Shown: piece after piece, positions 26,980 to 32,000 of the stretch
Numbering within the stretch: position 1 is the stretch's first letter
Layout: each line of letters opens with the position of its first letter
Assembly: GCA_027492275.1 (NCBI GenBank)
Contig: JAPUFC010000093.1
Location: 1 to 32,000, forward strand
Source of the DNA: Mesorhizobium sp.
GTDB lineage: Bacteria > Pseudomonadota > Alphaproteobacteria > Rhizobiales > Rhizobiaceae
Reading direction: 5' to 3'
DNA: 32,000 nucleotides
Made by a program: the position numbers and the translations under genes
The notes under the pieces: model-generated
What the model was told of the DNA's origin: nothing
The model's database searches: none
What the model saw: the letters and a program-made list of their open reading frames with translations, nothing else

Positions 26980-28677
26980 CTATCCGCCGCGATTTCCGTC
27001 CGTCTGTTCCGGGGCCAGGCGCATTTTCGCCGCCAGCGCTTCCTTCAGCGCGGCGACGGCCTGCGCCGACCAGCCCCGGATATCCGCCACGCTGATCCAC
27101 GCATCGACATAGTGCTCGGGCGCGTAGACGTGCCCGTGCCCCATCGGGGTCGTGGTGGCGAAGGCCATGTCCACGGCGAGCTGGAGCATGGTGACCACCG
27201 GATACCAGCCGAGATCCGGCGAGACGTCGGGGCCGCGCGGCGCGGCCATCCAGTCCGGCTGCCGATAGAAATCGCCATAGTCGAAGAAGACGATCGGGTC
27301 GCTGGCGTATTGCAGGTAGACGGACCGCAGCGGCCCCCACGGCCGGGAAGACGGGACGGTCGAACCGTTCTGGTTCATGAAGCGGACGAAGCTGCCGTCG
27401 CGGAATTCCGGCAGCCATTGCGGCGAGCCGGGGTTGCGCGCCCGCGTGATGCCGCGCCAGTTGCGGCTCTCGAAGGGCGGCCCGCTCCACAGCGCCCCGT
27501 CGATCGGATCGGCGAGGATCTCGAACAGCTCGACCGATTTCTCGGAATTCATCGCGCCGAGGCTTAGCCCGTGCAGGTAGAGCGCGGGCCGCGACGCTTT
27601 CGGCAGGGTCGTCCAGTGGCCGTAGACGGCCCGGAACAGCGCCCTTGCCGCCTCCGCCCCGTATTCGGGTTCGGCCAGCAGCGACAGCGGGCTGCTCAGA
27701 TAGGAATACTGCATCGCCACCGATGCGACGTCGCCGTCGGTGAGGTATTCGATCGGCTCGATCGCGGCGGGATCGACCCATCCCGTTCCGGTCGGCGTCA
27801 CGACGATCAGCCTGGACCGGTCGAAGCCGCCCGCGCGCTTCAGTTCGTCGAGCGCGAGCCTGGCGCGCTCTTCGGCGTCGTCGGCCGACGGCAGGCCAAC
27901 ATACACCCGCACGGGCTGGCGGGCCTGCCTGCCGGTCAGGGCAGCGATCTCCGCCGCCGCCGGAACGCCGGCGACGAATTCGCGCCCGGCGCGGCCGAGG
28001 TCGACCCAGTCCACCAGCGAGGCGGCGCTGCCGGTCCTGTCGGCCTCCACGGGCCGGGGGCGTTCCGGTTCGATCAGGGAATTCAGCTCGGCGTAGGATG
28101 AATCCAGAACGCCGAACACCGCTTTGGCCAGGAGGTCGTTGGCGACCGACCAGAACAGCAGCGCCGCCACGAGCACGCCCGCCGCGTTGGCGACGCGTCT
28201 GGGCACATAGGCCTTGCTTTTCGCCGCCGTCCAGCCGGCGACCAGCACGAACAGGCGGCCGAGGCCGAGCAGCAGGGCGAAGGTCGCGACCGCGATGGCG
28301 CACACCGTGACGGCATGCGTGCCGGCGACGCGCTCCATGCCCACCGCGGCGCGCACGGAATTCTGCCACGCCGCCGATTGCCAGAGAAACCAGCCCGCCA
28401 CCCCGAGGCAGGCGACCGCCATGGCGGCGTTGGCCCGGAAACGCCACCGGTTCTGCGGTTCCGGCAGCTCCAGATACGCCCACAGCCAGCGCCAGGACAC
28501 GCCGAACCCGTAGCCGATGGCGAAGCACGCGCCCGCCAGGACGCCCTGCACGGCGGTGCTGCGCGGCACGAGGCTGGGCGTCAGCGACGCGGCGAAGAAC
28601 AGGGTGCCCAGAAAAAGGCCGATGCCGGAAAGCGACGTCGCCGCAGTCCACAGCGATAGGGTCGCCATCCGCCTCAT
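26980..28677 (-). CDS. Membrane-anchored alpha/beta-hydrolase family protein (Abhydrolase_9-like: N-terminal multi-TM domain plus C-terminal hydrolase domain)
   Basis: Start at MRRMATLSLW (28677); the ORF track extends it to 28758. There are about 6 hydrophobic spans in the first ~200 aa, then a hydrolase domain with the nucleophile elbow LHGLSLGA. Confidence 0.8.
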   Translation of the reverse strand: MRRMATLSLWTAATSLSGIGLFLGTLFFAASLTPSLVPRSTAVQGVLAGACFAIGYGFGVSWRWLWAYLELPEPQNRWRFRANAAMAVACLGVAGWFLWQSAAWQNSVRAAVGMERVAGTHAVTVCAIAVATFALLLGLGRLFVLVAGWTAAKSKAYVPRRVANAAGVLVAALLFWSVANDLLAKAVFGVLDSSYAELNSLIEPERPRPVEADRTGSAASLVDWVDLGRAGREFVAGVPAAAEIAALTGRQARQPVRVYVGLPSADDAEERARLALDELKRAGGFDRSRLIVVTPTGTGWVDPAAIEPIEYLTDGDVASVAMQYSYLSSPLSLLAEPEYGAEAARALFRAVYGHWTTLPKASRPALYLHGLSLGAMNSEKSVELFEILADPIDGALWSGPPFESRNWRGITRARNPGSPQWLPEFRDGSFVRFMNQNGSTVPSSRPWGPLRSVYLQYASDPIVFFDYGDFYRQPDWMAAPRGPDVSPDLGWYPVVTMLQLAVDMAFATTTPMGHGHVYAPEHYVDAWISVADIRGWSAQAVAALKEALAAKMRLAPEQTDGNRGG

Positions 28678-28834
28678 GAGATCCGATCCGCAGCCTGTAC
28701 CGTGGCCTTCAACCGCGAAGTCGCATTCCCGGTCGGCGCCCGCACACCATACTTGCATGTGCCACGGCCGTCTTGTCTAATGTGCGTGGTCTGGCAGCGG
28801 CAGCTTCGGCCGGCCGTGCGGTTCGGGGGACGCC

Positions 28835-30286
28835 ATGACGTTTCGGGTCGGCGAGAAGTATCGGCATCTGGTGCATGGCGCCACCTGCGCCTGCCATGGC
28901 GCGCCGGCGCGGCAGCTTTTCGCCCGCGTCGAGGCGGGCCTGTCCAGGCGCTCTGTGCTGAAAGGCATCGCGGCGGCCTTCGCCGCGCCCGCGCTCGCTC
29001 CTTCCGCCTTCGCGCAGCAGCCGTCCAGGCCCGTTCTGCTGACGAACGCGGGAATCTTCGACGGTGTCGCGAGCGCGCTCGTCGCCGGACACGGCGTGCT
29101 GGTGGAAGGTGGCCTCATCAAGGCGCTGGTGCCGGCCGGCGACACGGTCGCCGATGCCGATGTCGTGGACTGCGGCGGACGCACCGTGATGCCGGGCATG
29201 ATCGACGCGCACTGGCATGCGCTTCTGGCCGGCATCTCGCAGATCGCGGCGATGACGGCCGACATCCCCTATGTCCATCTGGTCGCCGCGCAGGAGGCCG
29301 AGCGGACGGTGCTGCGCGGCTTCACCACGGTCCGCGATGTCGGCGGCCCGGCCTTCGCGTTGAAGCGCGCCATCGACGAGGGCCGCGTCGCCGGCCCGCG
29401 CATCTATCCCTCCGGCGCGATGATTTCGCAGACCTCGGGCCATGGCGATTTCCGCATGCGCACGGATGTGCCGCGCTCGCCGCAAAGCAATTTCAGCGTG
29501 GCCGAACGGGCCGGCATCGCGTCGATCGCCGACGGCGAGGCGGAGGTGCTGCGCAGCGTCCGCGAGCAGCTCATGCTGGGCGCCAGCCAGATCAAGATCC
29601 ACGGCGGCGGCGGCGTGTCCTCGTCCTACGATCCCATCGACACGCTGCAATACACGGAAGCCGAGATGCGGGCGGCGGTCGCCGCGGCCTCCGACTGGGG
29701 AACCTATGTCTGCGTGCACACCTACACGCCGCCCGCCATCCACAGGGCTCTCGACTGCGGCATCAGGTCGATCGAGCACGGACAGCTCGCCGACGAGGAC
29801 GCCGCCAGGCACATGGCCGATGCGGGGGCCTGGTGGAGCATCCAGCCCTTCCTGGCCGACGAGGACGCCAACCTGAAACCCGATCCCGAACAGGTCGCCC
29901 AGCAAAGGGCGATCGCCGCCGGAACGGTCAACGCGATCGAGTTCGGCCGCAAATACGGGGTGAAGATGGCGCTCGGCACCGACATCCTGTTCAGCCCGCG
30001 CGGCACGGCGACGCAAGGCCGCCAGCTCGCCAAGTTCGCGCGCTGGTACGACAATGCTGAGGTCCTGCGGATGCTGACCAGCGGCAATGCCGAGCTGCTG
30101 GCGCTGTCGGGACCGCGCGATCCTTATCCGGGCAAGCTCGGGCGGATCGAGGCCGGCGCCTATGCCGATCTGCTGGTGGTCGACGGCAATCCGCTGGAGG
30201 ACATCGCCCTGATCGCCGACCCGGAGCGCACCCTGAAGCTCGTCATGAAGGACGGGCGCATCCACAAGAACACCCTTTCCGCGTGA
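28835..30286 (+). CDS. Amidohydrolase-superfamily metallo-hydrolase (imidazolonepropionase/prolidase-like), probably Tat-exported
   Basis: 483 aa. Twin-arginine motif SRRSVLKG followed by AAAFAAPALAPSAFA. Metal-ligand motif MPGMIDAHWHA. C-terminal ADLLVVDGNPLEDI is typical of the family. Confidence 0.85.
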   Translation: MTFRVGEKYRHLVHGATCACHGAPARQLFARVEAGLSRRSVLKGIAAAFAAPALAPSAFAQQPSRPVLLTNAGIFDGVASALVAGHGVLVEGGLIKALVPAGDTVADADVVDCGGRTVMPGMIDAHWHALLAGISQIAAMTADIPYVHLVAAQEAERTVLRGFTTVRDVGGPAFALKRAIDEGRVAGPRIYPSGAMISQTSGHGDFRMRTDVPRSPQSNFSVAERAGIASIADGEAEVLRSVREQLMLGASQIKIHGGGGVSSSYDPIDTLQYTEAEMRAAVAAASDWGTYVCVHTYTPPAIHRALDCGIRSIEHGQLADEDAARHMADAGAWWSIQPFLADEDANLKPDPEQVAQQRAIAAGTVNAIEFGRKYGVKMALGTDILFSPRGTATQGRQLAKFARWYDNAEVLRMLTSGNAELLALSGPRDPYPGKLGRIEAGAYADLLVVDGNPLEDIALIADPERTLKLVMKDGRIHKNTLSA

Positions 30287-30297
30287 GGACCGTCGAG

Positions 30298-31107
30298 ATG
30301 AGGACCATTGGCGCCACCGTCTTCCTCGCGCTCTCCATGCAGGCCGCGAACGCCGCGGACACGGTGCTGGAGCCGCAGGCCGGTCCCATGCCCGCCGAAC
30401 AGCGGAACTGGGCCTTGCAGGTCACGCCCTATCTGTGGGCGGCCGGTCTGTCCGGCGACATCTCGCCGTTCCGGCGCGCGCCCACGATAGGCGTCGACAA
30501 ATCCTTCTCGGACGTGCTGGACAGCCTGAATTTCGGCGGCTTCGTCAATGTCTGGGGTCGCTACGACCGCTTCGTGTTCTCCGGCGACGCGATGTACGTC
30601 AACACCACGGACGGCCATGCCTTCGGCCCGCTTCCGCCGCTCCCCGTGCCGGTTCCGCCCGGCACGGTGGTGGAGGGCGAGGTCGACACGAAGGAATTCA
30701 TGGCGACGTTGCAGGGCGGATATCGCGTTCTCGATACGCCGGGCTTCAGCCTCGACGCCCTGGCAGGCGTCCGTTTCTGGCGCATCTCCAACGATGTCAC
30801 CGTCAGCGCCCTGGGCATGTCGCGCCGTTACGGCGAAAGTTTCGGCTGGGTCGACCCCGTCATCGGCGCGCGCGCCTTCCTGCAGGTGACGGAGAAGCTC
30901 TCGCTCCAGGCCCAGGCCGATATCGGCGGCTTCGGCGTCGGCGCGGACTCGACCTGGTCGGCGCTGGCGACGCTGAACTACGTGGTGAGCGACCATCTTT
31001 CGATCTCGGGCGGCTACAAGGTGCTCGACGTCGACTACGATCACGACGGCCATGTCTTCGACACGCGCCTCAAAGGCCCGGTGCTCGGCGCGACGTGGAG
31101 GTTCTGA
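30298..31107 (+). CDS. Outer-membrane beta-barrel (porin-family) protein
   Basis: Signal peptide MRTIGATVFLALSMQAANA, alternating beta-strand pattern, C-terminal GATWRF ending in Phe. GAGGA ribosome-binding site 8 nt upstream (alternative GTG 30283). Confidence 0.7.
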   Translation: MRTIGATVFLALSMQAANAADTVLEPQAGPMPAEQRNWALQVTPYLWAAGLSGDISPFRRAPTIGVDKSFSDVLDSLNFGGFVNVWGRYDRFVFSGDAMYVNTTDGHAFGPLPPLPVPVPPGTVVEGEVDTKEFMATLQGGYRVLDTPGFSLDALAGVRFWRISNDVTVSALGMSRRYGESFGWVDPVIGARAFLQVTEKLSLQAQADIGGFGVGADSTWSALATLNYVVSDHLSISGGYKVLDVDYDHDGHVFDTRLKGPVLGATWRF

Positions 31108-31288
31108 ACGCTCTTCGGCGACCTGCGGCCAAAGCCCGTGAGAGGTATCCGGCAGCATGTTCTAATATATCGTCTTGCTATCAATCGGCCTCGAAAATAG
31201 GTTGGTCGGGACCGAAAGCTTTTTGGTCTTGGAGGCCGGCGGGGACTGGCGCAACGGCGCCGACGGCGGAGCCGGGTGAGGGCGGTCC

Positions 31289-32000
31289 ATGGACCTGAAG
31301 CACCTGAAATACTTCGTTGCCGTGGCGGAAGAGCTGCATTTCACGCGGGCCGCCGCCAGGCTCAACATGACCCAGCCGCCCCTGAGCCAGGCGATCGGCC
31401 GGCTCGAGGAGAGCCTTGGCTTCCGGCTTTTCGTGCGCACCCGGCGCAAGGTCCAGCTCACGGATGCGGGCAGGGTGCTGCTGAGGGAAAGCCGGGGGCT
31501 TCTCAGCGGCGCGCAGCATGCGCTCCATCTGGCGTCGAACGCGGCCAGCGGCGATGTCGGCCACGTCAGGATCGCCTTCCCGCCATGGTCGGAAGCCACC
31601 GCGATCTTTGTCGACATCGTCCGGGAATTCGGCAAGCGCTTTCCCGACATCACGGTCGATCTCCACTCGATGCCCTCCCAGGCCGCCGCCACGGCGCTGC
31701 TCGAGGGCCGGGTCGATCTTGCCTTCCTGGCAACGCCGCCGGATCCGCCGCCGGGCATCCTGACCGAGCCGGTCCTGTCGGACTCCATCGCCGTCGCCCT
31801 GCCGGAGGGCCATCCGCTGTCCGGCAACGCCACGATTCCCCTAGGCATGCTGGCGTCGGAGCCGCAGATCGCGGTCGCCGGCGACCGCATGGAACCCTTC
31901 TACCATCTGGTGAAGTTTCTCTGCCGCCAGGCCGGTTTCAGCCTGCAGACCCGACACGCCATCGACCATCCGCAAACGACGCTGGCGCTGGTCTCGGCCG
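31289..32000 (+). CDS. LysR-family transcriptional regulator (3' end outside the window)
   Basis: MDLKHLKYFVAVAEELHFTRAAARLNMTQPPLSQAIGRLEESLGFRLFVRTRRKVQLTDAG is the canonical LysR helix-turn-helix. The ORF is open to the window edge. Confidence 0.85.
   Translation, partial: MDLKHLKYFVAVAEELHFTRAAARLNMTQPPLSQAIGRLEESLGFRLFVRTRRKVQLTDAGRVLLRESRGLLSGAQHALHLASNAASGDVGHVRIAFPPWSEATAIFVDIVREFGKRFPDITVDLHSMPSQAAATALLEGRVDLAFLATPPDPPPGILTEPVLSDSIAVALPEGHPLSGNATIPLGMLASEPQIAVAGDRMEPFYHLVKFLCRQAGFSLQTRHAIDHPQTTLALVSA

Noticed and set aside
28835-28960. Unusually long (~37 aa) Cys/His-containing segment (HLVHGATCACHG) before the twin-arginine motif of the exported amidohydrolase, as a possible metal-binding or regulatory extension.
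   Set aside because: It is more likely a start-codon assignment issue: GTG 28871 is an alternative start. Long Tat n-regions are also not rare, and nothing in the sequence supports a separate function.
31210-31228. Near-palindrome GACCGAAAGCTTTTTGGTC upstream of the LysR gene, as a LysR T-N11-A box or a terminator of the porin gene.
   Set aside because: The arms are imperfect and unequal in length. There is no U-tract after the stem, and the sequence does not fit the T-N11-A spacing cleanly.

Overview
High-GC (roughly 65%) alphaproteobacterial, Rhizobiales-like DNA. I call 32 protein-coding genes and 1 disrupted gene. I found no tRNA, rRNA, CRISPR array, IS element or integrase, so this reads as a catabolic/accessory metabolic region, not a mobile island.

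Layout:
(1) 1-5276 (+): an aromatic-acid type cluster. It holds the tail of an HpaB-like oxygenase, a flavin reductase, a CoxG-like protein, a small Rieske protein, an unknown small acidic protein, an amidohydrolase_2 enzyme, a MarR regulator and a UbiD-family decarboxylase.
(2) 5286-7799 (-): ridA plus an acetamidase/formamidase gene, and a lone NMT1/SsuA-type binding protein.
(3) 8028-11728 (+): a thiolase-like protein that appears to lack the nucleophilic Cys, a DUF35 zinc-ribbon partner, an enoyl-CoA hydratase and a family III CoA-transferase. A lone flavin reductase follows on the minus strand.
(4) 12599-16445 (+): a PotDBCA-type ABC importer, followed by a second MarR-like regulator.
(5) 17214-21830 (-): a tightly packed SDR / FadE2-type acyl-CoA dehydrogenase / acyl-CoA synthetase / APH-type kinase operon.
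(6) 22139-25744 (+): a fused HyuA/HyuB (5-oxoprolinase-type) gene broken by frame changes.
(7) 25789-32000: housekeeping and envelope genes (small basic protein, cspA, rpsU, membrane alpha/beta-hydrolase, Tat-exported amidohydrolase, outer-membrane beta-barrel, LysR regulator).

The most interesting candidates are block 5 and block 3. Block 5 carries the same four enzyme families as the Pseudomonas lva levulinate pathway and the mammalian ACAD10/11 4-hydroxy-acid pathway. Block 3 looks like a hydratase/retro-aldolase module rather than a thiolase module. All functional calls come from reading the translated ORFs and recalling family motifs. No database search was run.
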